Assembly (NCBI GenBank): GCA_964400745.1
Contig: CAYNVY010000004.1
Location: forward strand, 1-61,186
Direction of reading: 5' to 3'
From: an uncultured Enterobacteriaceae bacterium
GTDB taxonomy: Bacteria > Pseudomonadota > Gammaproteobacteria > Burkholderiales > SG8-39
DNA length: 61,186 nt
Position numbers and translations under genes: made by a program. The notes under the pieces are model-generated. The model was given only the letters and a program-made list of their open reading frames with translations, was not told where the DNA came from and searched no databases. Within the stretch, counting starts at the first letter, position 1. Every line of letters starts with the position of its first letter. Positions 39,398-49,337 of the stretch are shown piece after piece.

Positions 39398-41671
39398 TTA
39401 GCGCCGCAGCCAGTCGTTTCTGCGCTGCAGCCACTGCCCGCGCACCGCCGGCGGCGGTGTCTTCGGTGCAGATTCTTGCGGGGACTCGGCCGGCGCCGCT
39501 GGCTGGGCGGATTCGGCCGGTCGCGGTTCGTTGGCCGCCGGCATGGCGGCGGCCTTGACCGCCCCTTCGATGAACAGGTCCTGCTGCGTCGGGTTGATCG
39601 CCCGATCGAGCTGGTCCCAGTTGATGCGCTGCACGCCCGCGTAGATCGCGGCCGCGTAGCACAGGATCTTCACGTCCAGCGCCTCGTTGCGCTCCCGCGT
39701 CTTCACCCATTCGTGCTTTTCCAGGCCGCGGACATGGCGCCGGACCAGCTTTTCGGAGGTCAGCTGCTCGAAGTACTCATCCGGCAGCCCCCGCGGGAAA
39801 TGCTGATAACCCGGCCCAGGTTCGTCCAGGTCCAGACGTTTGTACAGCCGCTCCTTCGCCGTGTCGGTGCCGACGTGCCACAGCTGCACGCCGCCCTTGA
39901 TCTTCTGCCCGTGGTGATTGATATCGGCCCACGTCGGCCGCGACAGCACCGGCTTGCCCGTCTCGCTCGCGCCCTTGGTCGCGAACACATGCTTGTGCGT
40001 CCACTTGCGGCAGTGGTCGTAGACTTCCTGCGTGTGATAGCCCGAATCGATCGCCATGGCCGCGATGCGCAGCGTCTGCCCGCCGGCGTGCGCATAGCTC
40101 TTGTCCCGCAATGCCGCGAGCGCGTCCCATACCGACCCGGGGCCGCGCTTCAGCGGATCGCCGTGGATCACCTGGAAATCGATGAGCCAGCATTCCTCGC
40201 CGCGCCCGTATCCGTCCACCTCCACTTCCAGCCGGTCGCCCTGGACGTCGACGCCGGCGGTCAGCAGCAAGGCGCCTGCCGGCACGCGCCCGAGCTCCAT
40301 CGCCTCGACGCGCTGCTTGAGGACGTTGATCTTCGGCTGCTCCCCCTTGACCTCGTAGGGCTCGCCGAGCACGGTGTTCCAGAACACCTGCTCCAGCGAC
40401 TCGCCGGAATCCTCGTCGTAGCCGCCCTTGCTCGCCTTGAGGTATTCGCTCACGCAATCGAACCATGACTTCCACCCCAGCGGCGAGAGCAGCGCCGGCG
40501 TATGCCAGGAAAGCGCCCGCACATAGCGCGGTAGGAAGCGCACCATCTTGCCGCGCACCATCGCCCAGATCGCGTGCGGCTCCGGATCGTCATCGGGCAG
40601 GACCTTGCCTGCGCCGGGTTCGGCGTGAATGAACCGCGCCTGCCCCTTGGGCCACTCTTCCAGCATCGCGCTCTTGTGGTGCTCGCCGATCTCCTGGCCG
40701 CAGCGTTCGCATTCGTACCAGACGCGATCGACCTCCTCGGTGTCGATCCTGCGCGTGTTGTGCTCGGTCAGTTCCGGCTGCGCGCCGCAGTGTTCGCAGC
40801 TCTGTTCCCCTTCGTGAATCGCGCTGATGCCGCCGCACTCTACGCAGACCAGTTCGCGCCGCTGCATCAGCGTCCAACGCATTTGCGGCCAGCGCAGGTA
40901 CTGCAGATGTGCGCAGTGCGGGCACGGCACGTAATACCGGCCTTGCGTGCCTTCCTCGTAGCGCTTCCAGATGCGCGACTTGCCTTTGATCTTCGGCGTC
41001 GAACACTTGAAGCGCTTGCAGCGCGCGGAGAACTGGTCGGCGCGCTTGTCGGCCACCTGGCATGGGTCGCCTTCGCCGTCGACGTCGTCCGGATACGCGT
41101 CGATCTCGTCCTGCAGCACGATGCGCATCGGCATATTGCGCAAGCCTGGGCCGGAGTTCGCTCCCACGAAGGCCCACAGCCCCCCGGGGTAATTCTTCAG
41201 CGACATCGTGTTCGAGGAACTGCGCGACTTCGCCTCTTCGAACTTGTTTCGCAGCACCGGCGTCTCGTCGATCATTGGATCGATGCGCTGCACCGCGATC
41301 TTCTTGACCCCGTCCGAGGTTGGCATCACCAGCATCGCCGGACACGGCACCTGGTCGGCGCTGTAGCCGAGCACGTTGTACAGGCCCTCGGAACCGCCCA
41401 GTTGCGTCCCCTTCACGTGCACGCCGTCGCGGCACGGATGCGACAGCGTCATCGCGTCCATGATTTCCCGCAGGTAGGGCGTCTTCGAAGTCTTCCACTG
41501 CCCCGGCTCGGCCGAGGCCTTCGATGAGAGCCGCCGGTTGCGGTCGGCCCAGTCGGAGACGGTGAGCTCGGGCTCGGGCGCGAGCGCGCGCCCGGCTGCG
41601 TTACGGCATAGCTGGCGAGGGTTCCTCAACCCCTCCGGAAGTGTCAGCAGCAAACCTGTGGGAGAGTTCAT
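39398..41671 (-). CDS. Terminase large subunit (lambda gpA family)
   Basis: TVSDWAD, TPYLREIMD, QDEIDAYP, STPKIKG, YYVPCPHC, LTAGVDVQ, IDSGY. Confidence 0.93.
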   Translation of the reverse strand: MNSPTGLLLTLPEGLRNPRQLCRNAAGRALAPEPELTVSDWADRNRRLSSKASAEPGQWKTSKTPYLREIMDAMTLSHPCRDGVHVKGTQLGGSEGLYNVLGYSADQVPCPAMLVMPTSDGVKKIAVQRIDPMIDETPVLRNKFEEAKSRSSSNTMSLKNYPGGLWAFVGANSGPGLRNMPMRIVLQDEIDAYPDDVDGEGDPCQVADKRADQFSARCKRFKCSTPKIKGKSRIWKRYEEGTQGRYYVPCPHCAHLQYLRWPQMRWTLMQRRELVCVECGGISAIHEGEQSCEHCGAQPELTEHNTRRIDTEEVDRVWYECERCGQEIGEHHKSAMLEEWPKGQARFIHAEPGAGKVLPDDDPEPHAIWAMVRGKMVRFLPRYVRALSWHTPALLSPLGWKSWFDCVSEYLKASKGGYDEDSGESLEQVFWNTVLGEPYEVKGEQPKINVLKQRVEAMELGRVPAGALLLTAGVDVQGDRLEVEVDGYGRGEECWLIDFQVIHGDPLKRGPGSVWDALAALRDKSYAHAGGQTLRIAAMAIDSGYHTQEVYDHCRKWTHKHVFATKGASETGKPVLSRPTWADINHHGQKIKGGVQLWHVGTDTAKERLYKRLDLDEPGPGYQHFPRGLPDEYFEQLTSEKLVRRHVRGLEKHEWVKTRERNEALDVKILCYAAAIYAGVQRINWDQLDRAINPTQQDLFIEGAVKAAAMPAANEPRPAESAQPAAPAESPQESAPKTPPPAVRGQWLQRRNDWLRR

Positions 41672-42305
41672 CGAACACCGTTCTGAATTCGTTGCTGAGC
41701 AGTCGGTGCACACGCAGCGGATCCGTCTCCGCCGCAAGGCTCTGCGACAGCTTGTCCGCGATTCGAAACGTGTTGCTTCTGACCTCGCTGAAGATCTCCC
41801 CGATTTCCTGCTCGACTGCGACCGATGACACGAGCAGCCCGAGCCGCTCCAGGTGATCAAGCTTCGCCGTCTCGGCCTGGAACTGCTCCCGGCGCGAGCG
41901 CGCGGCGAGATACTCCGCCTGATCCGAGGAGGCCGGCGCCGAGGCGGCTGCAGCGCTTTCGGCTGCCGGTTGCTCCACGTGGTGAGGCGCGCCACTGCCT
42001 TGCAGTTCATCGGACGCTGAGCCGTCCGGAACCGCGGCGCTTCTTCGCGGGGGGGTATCCAGTTCCTGCTGGGTGACCTGCCGGGTGGCCTGCGCCGGCA
42101 GCTTGCCGTTGCGCGCCGCCTCCACCAGGTCCGTGTTCATGGCCCACTGCTCCGAGGCCTGCGCCTCGTCGATCCCAATCGTGCGGCCGTACTGGTCGCG
42201 CTCGATCGCGGTGACGCGTCCGCTCTTGATCGCCTTCTGCACCGCCCCGAGCGACACGCCGCGCCGCCTGGCGAACTCCCGCAGGCTGATCATCGTTTGC
42301 GCCAT
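41601..42305 (-). CDS. Terminase small subunit (Nu1-like)
   Basis: SLREFARRRGVSLGAVQKAIKSGR HTH; overlaps the TerL start. Confidence 0.8.
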   Translation of the reverse strand: MAQTMISLREFARRRGVSLGAVQKAIKSGRVTAIERDQYGRTIGIDEAQASEQWAMNTDLVEAARNGKLPAQATRQVTQQELDTPPRRSAAVPDGSASDELQGSGAPHHVEQPAAESAAAASAPASSDQAEYLAARSRREQFQAETAKLDHLERLGLLVSSVAVEQEIGEIFSEVRSNTFRIADKLSQSLAAETDPLRVHRLLSNEFRTVFDELSHRFAADTSGGVEEPSPAMP

Positions 42306-42309
42306 CGAC

Positions 42310-42432
42310 CACCCCGGAATCATGACTGCGACTACTCGACCACCCCGGGCGACTACCCCAGGGTTTTCCTCTGACTAGCGCGTGAACGCGGCTCGAATTG
42401 CCCCGAGTCGGAAGTGCGCAGGAGGACCCGCT
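42310..42432. other. Putative cos packaging region
   Basis: Non-coding gap upstream of TerS with short gactac/gaccac repeats; position expected for gpA-type phages. Confidence 0.4.
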
Positions 42433-43210
42433 AGCCTGCCGAACCCACTGCCTCGCGCAGCGCGCGCGACAGCTGGCCGGGGAACTGCTCGGCTGCAGTG
42501 CGCTCCGCTACCTCGAAGAACGGGAAGCGCTTGCGGTACTGCGGCGCCTTGTTGACGAAGATCAGCAGCGGCTTCACTGCCGATCCGCGTGCGAACTCAT
42601 AGCGTGCATAGACGCCTGGGAGCAGCTTGCCATGCGCCTTCGTGATCACGAAGATGCGATAACCTTGGCGCTTGACCGCACGCGCCAGCTTCTTGGCATC
42701 CTTGGTTGCGCCCCCTGCTCTCGATTCGTATCCGCCGCCGCGCTGCACCCGCAGCTGCGACAGGATCTGCACAATCTGGCCTGAACTCATATTCCCGTAG
42801 GCATCGAGCCGAGCAGCCGCTCCAGGTACAGCGAACATGCCCTTCGGCATGGCGCCGGCGTAGATCAGCGCCAGTTCGAAGCGCTTGGGTACGCGTGCGC
42901 CGCCGTAGACCTCGGGTGCGAGAAAGCGATCAGCAGGCGTGCCTTTGGCCGCCTCATCCTTGAGCCACACGAAGGCGGACAACGCCGACCTGGTGGCGCC
43001 CTTGGTGAAGAGGCTGTTCAATGTCCAAGGCGTAGGACGATCGAACACACGCGCGATCTGCTCACGCTCTGCCGCCTTCACATCCTGCGCCGTACGGTTG
43101 AGCGCCACCATGGTGGCGAATGGTAGTTCACGCTTCTGGATCGCATCGAGTCGATCGATCATGCGATCCAGATCATGCTTGATGCCGAAGGTGACAGGGG
43201 GCAGCGCCAT
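42431..43210 (-). CDS. Phage tail completion-type (gpZ-like) protein
   Basis: LPFATMVALNRTA...FDRPTPWT...YRKRFPF; basic protein. Confidence 0.6.
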   Translation of the reverse strand: MALPPVTFGIKHDLDRMIDRLDAIQKRELPFATMVALNRTAQDVKAAEREQIARVFDRPTPWTLNSLFTKGATRSALSAFVWLKDEAAKGTPADRFLAPEVYGGARVPKRFELALIYAGAMPKGMFAVPGAAARLDAYGNMSSGQIVQILSQLRVQRGGGYESRAGGATKDAKKLARAVKRQGYRIFVITKAHGKLLPGVYARYEFARGSAVKPLLIFVNKAPQYRKRFPFFEVAERTAAEQFPGQLSRALREAVGSAG

Positions 43211-43222
43211 ATCGGTCACCTC

Positions 43223-43258
43223 AAAGCAAAAGCCCGCAGGGCTGACCATGCGGGCTTC
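43223..43258 (-). terminator. tR'-like terminator at the start of the late operon
   Basis: aagcccgca...tgcgggctt stem followed by ttgcttt on the minus strand, just downstream of the Q-like gene. Confidence 0.55.
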
Positions 43259-43369
43259 AGGAAATTCAGAGCGAGCGAATCCGTCGACCATCGTCTGGAG
43301 ATTGGGATTTCCCGCCTGTTATTTTTCTTATGTATCCCCAGCCGGCACTTCTCTTGCAACTGCAACCGC

Positions 43370-44023
43370 TCATCTGCCGCGCACTGTACTCCGCCTGATT
43401 TGCGTTTGCAAGTTAGCTAAGTTGCTGCGCTCAATCCCCTCCAGCCATGAGCGTGCGGCCTTGAATCGTACTTCCCAATGACGCTGATAGATTTCCATCG
43501 GCACGCCGACGCTGGCTGCGCGTGCTGCATGGCTGACCGGCTCAGCGCCGTTTCCCTTGCAGTGGCGGCAAGTTTTCGTGCTTGCATTACGCCCAGCGTC
43601 CGAGGTGAGAATTTGCCCGCCGCCGCCACACACCTGGCAGCGATCGCGCAACCACTCGCCCAGGACTGCGCCGGCAAATCGCACCAGGAGAGAATCCTCG
43701 TTCCTGATCTTCCAATGCAGGTAGTCGTTCCGCTTCTTGATGAAAGCGACGAACAGGTAGATCGCCGGCTTAATCACGGAATGGTCATGCCCGAACTTCG
43801 CCCGCTGAAGCAGCGAGGCCAGGCGCCGGCGTGCATCGATCACAGGCGAGCCGACTGCATTGACCGCGATGCACGGTCCCGCCGGGCCGACACGTATTCC
43901 GTCGCGCACCATGGCTGCTGCGCCCAGCGCCGCCACAATCGTGGAGCCACCATGGGTTGGTGCAAGGTCGGATGAATTCACCGCAATGCCAACGCGTTCA
44001 CGAATACTCACCTGCTCAGCCAT
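43370..44023 (-). CDS. Antiterminator Q-like protein
   Basis: CQVCGGGG...CRHCKGNG zinc motif; immediately precedes the late genes. Confidence 0.65.
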   Translation of the reverse strand: MAEQVSIRERVGIAVNSSDLAPTHGGSTIVAALGAAAMVRDGIRVGPAGPCIAVNAVGSPVIDARRRLASLLQRAKFGHDHSVIKPAIYLFVAFIKKRNDYLHWKIRNEDSLLVRFAGAVLGEWLRDRCQVCGGGGQILTSDAGRNASTKTCRHCKGNGAEPVSHAARAASVGVPMEIYQRHWEVRFKAARSWLEGIERSNLANLQTQIRRSTVRGR

Positions 44024-44044
44024 GTCATCGTCCTTTCATCGATC

Positions 44045-44185
44045 CGGGGTTAGCGGGGATTGAGGGGGTACTTTCCCCTCGTTTACTCTTTTTTGTCATT
44101 ACGCCTCTATCAACTCTTCTTTCTCTTTTTTTTGCCACTTTCTCGCATGTAAAAGGAAGTAACCCCTCAAAGCCCGGTGACCCCG
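44045..44185. other. Candidate phage replication origin
   Basis: 29-bp inverted repeats (24/29 identical) around a T/C-rich core, downstream of the primase gene. Confidence 0.5.
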
Positions 44186-44261
44186 AAGAAATCCTTGCCG
44201 CTGAGAATTGAAAAAAACGCGGCCGACAGAAGCTAACCGTGATTGTTCAGGCTGTTACGCG

Positions 44262-46895
44262 CTACTTCACCTTCTCCACCTTAAAAAGCGCGACGTGATC
44301 GCACTCGCCGGCAGCAAGAAGCTGCCAGCCGCCGACGCGCCTGCCCTTGTGGCGTCCTAGCCACTTGGCCAGCCGCTTGATGTTGAACTGGCCGCCGCGA
44401 TCGACCGCGATTTCGCGCAGGATGTCCCACATGGCGCGGCGGCCATCCGAGGCGACTTCCACGTCGCTCGCCTCCTCTACAGCCTCCCGCGCCGTGTGGG
44501 CCTTATCGTCAAAGCAGGCGTGCCAGGCGTGGATCAGCCGCAGGTATTCATTGCGCTCGGGATCCTCGTCCTCGAGCGACTTGAGCGATTCGCAGGGATC
44601 AGGCAGGCCCAGCCATACCAGCGGCGCGCGTACCATCGCCGACCAGTGCTCGAAGCGGCCCCAGGGCTTCACAACATCCTCGACCCGCACCCCGGATGTG
44701 ATGAACGCGCGCATAACCGTGAGGCCCGCAGCCACCAGCTCGGGCCTGTGCGCGGTCATCCATTGCCGCAGATCGGTATGGAATTCACGCTGCTCGGGCC
44801 TCTCGACCCTTGGGTCCAGCCGGCATAACAGGGCGCGGGTGCGAAGGTCGCCGGAAATCACCAGCTGGTTGCCGGTGGCCATAAATAGCGTAGTGGTGGG
44901 CACATCCATCATTTGCGTGCGTCCGAGGACGCGCCCGCGGTAGGTCTCGGAAGTGAGCATCGAGCAGAGTGCATCGCCCTGGAGCGGCCGTTCGATGTTA
45001 TCGATCAGCACGCATGGATCGCCTTCAGCCAGAACCGCCAGGAGCGTCTTTACGGCCTCTTCGTCAGAGTCTGGGTACTTCATCGCCGGTGCCGGCGTAC
45101 CCGTTGCCATGATGGCAACGCAATCGGCCAGAAGCGTTTTTCCGCTCGCCATCACCGGCGCCGTGATCGCGCCCAATGGCGCGGCCGTCAAACTGCGGCG
45201 CACCAGCGCGGTCAGCACCAGCGAAATCGCCACCGACTCATCGAACGGCGTATCCCACGGAAAGGTGCCGAATGCGTCGCCCAGCAGCTCGAGCGCAATA
45301 CGTGCCTCGTCCATCGTCGGTTTATCCGGGACGGTCGGAAACTGAATGCCGCAGGGGTCGTACCAGGACTGCGATTCGACGTCGTATCCGGGTTGCTGCA
45401 GCAACGATCCATCAGGTCGCAGGGTCGGTGCAGAAAGCGTGGCGCGCAGGCGCGGCAGCTTCCAATGGCCGCTGCGCGCCAGATAGGTCGTCGCCACCTG
45501 CTCGGGCGCGTTGATGCGCCGGAATTTCGCCGCGCGATTGTCGTATCTGCGCCAGTAGGCCACGCGCGTGAATGTCTCAACCAGGTGCGGCGCATCGACC
45601 ATCACAATGCCCAGGGCGCCCGGTTCACGCTTGTAATTGCGCACCGATGGCGTGTCGCGCTTCACGACGCGCACCACCATGCCCGTGCGCTGATACAGGC
45701 CCACGTCGGCCCCGAGGAGCGCCGCTTCGGCCGCGTCCACGCATTCCGGCAATTCTCCCGCGAGCCAGTTGATGATCGGCAGCCCGCGGCCTTCGTCCTG
45801 GGGGCCGCCGTCGTCTCCGCCAGGACCGCCATCATCGGGCGGTCCATCGTCAGATCCATGGCCTAGCTCCTCGGGCGGCGGTGCTTGATCCGCTCCACCT
45901 GCTGCAGGTTTTTTTTTTCGCCCGGGTGTGGGCTTCTGCAGCGTAATTCCAAGCTGGCCGGCGAGCCAGTGCAGCGCATCCTTCGGCGTCTTGTTGGTGC
46001 TCCACTCGATCACCAGGTCAATCGGCGTGCGCCGGCCCTCGTGCGGATCGCCCAGGTCATGGACGCCCCAGTCGACGATGCCGTCGTTGCGTATGGACAG
46101 GTCCTCTTCCAGGTCTCGGCCGAGCGCCGAGCTCGTGACGCGAAAGCCGCCGGCTGCGCGCTGCGCGCCCGGGAACAGCGTCGGAACCCAGGCTTCGAGG
46201 TTGCCGATCGCGGCCTCGTTCACCAGGGCGAAGTCGTTACTACCACTGCTCGGCGTCGGCGCAGGCTTCGGAGCCGCAGCCGTGGGCCTGGTGCGCGCGC
46301 GCCGCGCTTCCTTGGCCTCTTCGATCATCGCCAGGATGCCGGCGAGGACCTCGGGCCGGATCGGCGCGACCTCTTCCGGCGTGCCCGGGTAGTGTTTGCC
46401 CGTAAACGTGAAGAACCGGCCGCCGCAATACAGCTCGACGCCGATGTCGTCCGACTTGGTGCTCTTGGCTTTCCCGTGCACGTAGATGTGCAGCCCCGTT
46501 CCCGACGGCGAATACTGCGTGAAGCTCGCGCAGTCGCGCACGATGCCGGCCGCGCGCTCGGAAAGATTGCCTGTTCTGGGCTCGATGACGTGCTCGATGA
46601 TCTCGCCCGTCTCCGGGACGATCACTGGATCGAGGTCGATGCCGATCAGGTTGTCGTCACCGAGAAAGGCGAATCCCACGCCGTCGTACTTCCCGATCGA
46701 GGCCGAGCGTTGCGCGTGATCGAAGATTGTCAGTTGGCTGCGATCGGCCACACCGCCCAGCTCACCCTGGCGAATCGTCCCGTTCGCATAATAGGGCACC
46801 TTGCGCGGCTTCTTGGTAGGCGCATCGCCCGGGCGCCGCTCGTAACGCCACACCAGCCACTGGGTTCGATCGGCAAGCGACTGCGGAACCATCAA
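44262..46895 (-). CDS. Primase-polymerase / P-loop helicase replication protein
   Basis: QWLVW, IGIDLD, SPSGTGLHIY, ELY; C-terminal ASGKT and LIDNI. Confidence 0.8.
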   Translation of the reverse strand: MMVPQSLADRTQWLVWRYERRPGDAPTKKPRKVPYYANGTIRQGELGGVADRSQLTIFDHAQRSASIGKYDGVGFAFLGDDNLIGIDLDPVIVPETGEIIEHVIEPRTGNLSERAAGIVRDCASFTQYSPSGTGLHIYVHGKAKSTKSDDIGVELYCGGRFFTFTGKHYPGTPEEVAPIRPEVLAGILAMIEEAKEARRARTRPTAAAPKPAPTPSSGSNDFALVNEAAIGNLEAWVPTLFPGAQRAAGGFRVTSSALGRDLEEDLSIRNDGIVDWGVHDLGDPHEGRRTPIDLVIEWSTNKTPKDALHWLAGQLGITLQKPTPGRKKKPAAGGADQAPPPEELGHGSDDGPPDDGGPGGDDGGPQDEGRGLPIINWLAGELPECVDAAEAALLGADVGLYQRTGMVVRVVKRDTPSVRNYKREPGALGIVMVDAPHLVETFTRVAYWRRYDNRAAKFRRINAPEQVATTYLARSGHWKLPRLRATLSAPTLRPDGSLLQQPGYDVESQSWYDPCGIQFPTVPDKPTMDEARIALELLGDAFGTFPWDTPFDESVAISLVLTALVRRSLTAAPLGAITAPVMASGKTLLADCVAIMATGTPAPAMKYPDSDEEAVKTLLAVLAEGDPCVLIDNIERPLQGDALCSMLTSETYRGRVLGRTQMMDVPTTTLFMATGNQLVISGDLRTRALLCRLDPRVERPEQREFHTDLRQWMTAHRPELVAAGLTVMRAFITSGVRVEDVVKPWGRFEHWSAMVRAPLVWLGLPDPCESLKSLEDEDPERNEYLRLIHAWHACFDDKAHTAREAVEEASDVEVASDGRRAMWDILREIAVDRGGQFNIKRLAKWLGRHKGRRVGGWQLLAAGECDHVALFKVEKVK

Positions 46896-47113
46896 TCAGC
46901 AACCTTCACGTGGATCGTCTCGCCATGGCGCCAGAATGGCGGGATACCGCCTGGTCCCAGAGTGGGAGCGATCTTGGCTTTTGGAATTTTGAGGAGGCAA
47001 CTGAAGCCGCCGGGAAATTCCGCGCTCGGCACATCGAAGCGCAGAGCCACGATCTCATGGTCCGGATAGCGCGCGGCGGCGGCGTCGAAATCGACTACTT
47101 GATCCGTTTCCAT
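46892..47113 (-). CDS. Phage hypothetical protein
   Basis: Short ORF overlapping the primase start. Confidence 0.5.
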   Translation of the reverse strand: METDQVVDFDAAAARYPDHEIVALRFDVPSAEFPGGFSCLLKIPKAKIAPTLGPGGIPPFWRHGETIHVKVAD

Positions 47114-47210
47114 AGCGCCTTCCCGCCGAACCACAACACCCCGCTAACGAAACCGACAGCCTGCGCGCCTGCGGCCAGGGCGATCGGCGCAATGCGAAAG
47201 AGTCGAATGA

Positions 47211-47534
47211 TCAGCATTCGCGCAGGCCTGCCGCCGTCAGGCGATAGCGATAAGGCCGCCCCCCCCCGACGCGAAGCGCGAATCCCTTTACCACCAGGTG
47301 ATGCAGCAGCGTGTTCACATCGTTCGCCGACTTGCCGATGCGCTCGCGCAGCTCTGCGGCAGTCGACGCCGGAAAATCGCGGATTGTTTGCAGGGAGGCC
47401 TTGCGCCAGGTGGAGCGCAAACCCTGCGCGGGAGCGGCGCGACGCGCCTTGACTACGGGCTTGATCGCCGGAACGCGCGTACGCTCGCGCTCTGTTTCAA
47501 GCCGCTCGAAATCGATTAGCTGGGCGAGGTTCAT
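47211..47534 (-). CDS. Winged-helix protein
   Basis: STAAELRERIGKSANDVNTLLHHLVVKG...RPYRYRLT. Confidence 0.65.
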   Translation of the reverse strand: MNLAQLIDFERLETERERTRVPAIKPVVKARRAAPAQGLRSTWRKASLQTIRDFPASTAAELRERIGKSANDVNTLLHHLVVKGFALRVGGGRPYRYRLTAAGLREC

Positions 47535-47646
47535 GCTCTCTCTCCAGCCGCTTCCCTGGTCTTTTCCACTTCCCCTACCCCCTGCTTTATTTTTTTAAGA
47601 TTTCCAGCGTCGACGCGTTAAGGCGTTGCGCTGGATACCTGCACCG

Positions 47647-48018
47647 CTACTTCTTCTTCGGCTTGGTCTGTCCTACCAAGGCGGCCACTTCGGCGAGCAA
47701 CCCTTCCACGCGCTGCATCGTCGCCGCCTCGACATCCGACAGGTCACCCATGTAGCGTGCGATGAGGTAGTGGATCGGCGTCAGGTCGGCTTGCGTCTGG
47801 ATGTAGCGCTCCATCACATCGACCGAGATATGCCGGTTGCCTTCGTCGTTGAGCGCGCAGGACAGGTTCCCCGGCGCCATGTCTAGGTCGCCGGCCACCC
47901 GTTTCAGGCCCCGCTGGTAGACGCCGGCAGCGATCGCGTCGCGCACATTGCGAAAGCGCGTCGTGAGGTCAGGCTCTAGCTGTAAAGTCAACTGCTTAGG
48001 GTGGGCATTGATAATCAT
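47647..48018 (-). CDS. CII-like regulator
   Basis: LKRVAGDLDMAPGNLSCALN HTH; downstream of cro. Confidence 0.65.
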   Translation of the reverse strand: MIINAHPKQLTLQLEPDLTTRFRNVRDAIAAGVYQRGLKRVAGDLDMAPGNLSCALNDEGNRHISVDVMERYIQTQADLTPIHYLIARYMGDLSDVEAATMQRVEGLLAEVAALVGQTKPKKK

Positions 48019-48069
48019 AGAGAGGGATTCCTATCGTCCAATATCACTGGTTATCAACCGAAAAATGGT

Positions 48070-48107
48070 AAAAAAAAAGCCTGGTGCCCCGCTTTGGGAC
48101 ACCAGGC
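48070..48107 (-). terminator. tR1-like intrinsic terminator after cro
   Basis: gcctggtgtccc aaagc ggggcaccaggc followed by a T9 run on the minus strand. Confidence 0.7.
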
Positions 48108-48170
48108 CGAGGTCCACGCCCAAGCGCTGGCAGAGGGCGGGAAGGGAGGACGGAAATGCAACCGATTCGA

Positions 48171-48404
48171 TCATGCGGCCGCCGCTTGCTGTACCGGCTC
48201 CGACTGAACGTCGTAAATCTCGTTGAAGGAGACGATATGCCCCATCTTCGATGCCGCCACAATGAGTTTTCGCGCCGCGGCCGGCGGTATTTCAGGCCGG
48301 CCGGCCTCGTAGTGCGACACCATCGCTTTGCTGGTGCCGATGATTGCCGCGACCTTCTCTTGCGTGAGGTTCAGGCGGGTTCGGACGACTTTGAGGTTGC
48401 TCAT
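48171..48404 (-). CDS. Cro-like XRE regulator
   Basis: LTQEKVAAIIGTSKAMVSHYEAG; divergent from the repressor. Confidence 0.8.
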   Translation of the reverse strand: MSNLKVVRTRLNLTQEKVAAIIGTSKAMVSHYEAGRPEIPPAAARKLIVAASKMGHIVSFNEIYDVQSEPVQQAAAA

Positions 48405-48412
48405 GGCCGCAG

Positions 48413-48477
48413 AGTTTAGTACCACTGAACCGCATAAGTCAAGCGTGTCTAAACAAGCGCCTTTAGCGTGGCTGTAC
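48413..48477. promoter_or_regulatory. OR-like region: three 17-bp operators and the cro promoter
   Basis: Operators at 48414, 48438 and 48461; minus-strand TTGACT-N18-TAAACT. Confidence 0.75.
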
Positions 48478-48486
48478 TCTCGCGTT

Positions 48487-48861
48487 ATGACTATCGGCGC
48501 ACGCTTTCGACAGCTTCGACTCGCGCACACAAAGACCCAGGAAGAAATGGGCGCGCTTTGTGGCGTGACGAAGGGCATGGTTTCCCAGTGGGAATCTGAT
48601 CAAGGGATTCCGGGCACCGACCGGCTGCTGGCGCTACGCGAGACGATCGAATTTTCCATTGATTGGCTGCTTACCAATTCGGGTACGATGGATCCGAAGG
48701 GCGACGCGATCAAGGGAATGGATCCGCTGAAACGGGAGTTGATGCAGGTCGCGGAGAAGCTGCCCGATTATGCCATCGTGAAACTCACTCGGGAGGGGGA
48801 TTCTTATGCTCAACTCATCGACGAAGCCCAGAGCAGAAAAACGGGCAACGGCGAGCGCTAA
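48487..48861 (+). CDS. CI-like XRE repressor (no S24 peptidase domain)
   Basis: TIGARFRQLR...TQEEMGALCGVTKGMVSQWE...SIDWLL; 124 aa. Confidence 0.82.
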   Translation: MTIGARFRQLRLAHTKTQEEMGALCGVTKGMVSQWESDQGIPGTDRLLALRETIEFSIDWLLTNSGTMDPKGDAIKGMDPLKRELMQVAEKLPDYAIVKLTREGDSYAQLIDEAQSRKTGNGER

Positions 48862-48906
48862 GATATACGTTCTCCCTATACAGCTGCGCCTCGATCTGGA
48901 GTAGCG

Positions 48907-49242
48907 ATGCCACTTACCCCCTGCAAGGAATGCGGCCGCGAGATCTCCAACTCCGCTGCTACCTGCCCCCATTGCGGAGTAGCTCTTCCGGCGCTGACCG
49001 ATACCGAGAAAGCGCAGCTCGTCAAACTGTCCATGATGGCGCGCAGTCGCCACCTCGGCGGCGCAATGTTCCTCTTCGGATTTCTTGGCCTTGGAGCCAT
49101 CGCGCTCACTACTGGATCGCGTGAGTTATTCGTGACATTCTGGGATTTTGCGAAGTGGCTCATGGGCGTAGGCGCCGCGATCTACATCCTAGCTGAGATT
49201 CAGCGCAACATAGAAGTTCGCAAAGCCAAGCGCAGCCAGTAA
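48907..49242 (+). CDS. Zinc-ribbon membrane protein
   Basis: CKECG...CPHCG followed by two TM helices. Confidence 0.75.
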   Translation: MPLTPCKECGREISNSAATCPHCGVALPALTDTEKAQLVKLSMMARSRHLGGAMFLFGFLGLGAIALTTGSRELFVTFWDFAKWLMGVGAAIYILAEIQRNIEVRKAKRSQ

Positions 49243-49260
49243 CAGCAGCGTTTTCCTGCC

Positions 49261-49288
49261 GGCCCGCTCTCCGCGGGCCTTTGTTTTA
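49261..49288 (+). terminator. Terminator of the repressor operon
   Basis: ggcccgc tctcc gcgggcc tttgtttt. Confidence 0.65.
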
Positions 49289-49295
49289 CCCGAGA

Positions 49296-49337
49296 GTTTA
49301 GCCCCACTTGACTAAAGCGGATTAGTGCGGCTAAACT
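49296..49337 (+). promoter_or_regulatory. OL-like region: two operators and the early promoter
   Basis: Operators at 49296 and 49320; TTGACT(49308)-N18-TAAACT(49332). Confidence 0.75.
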
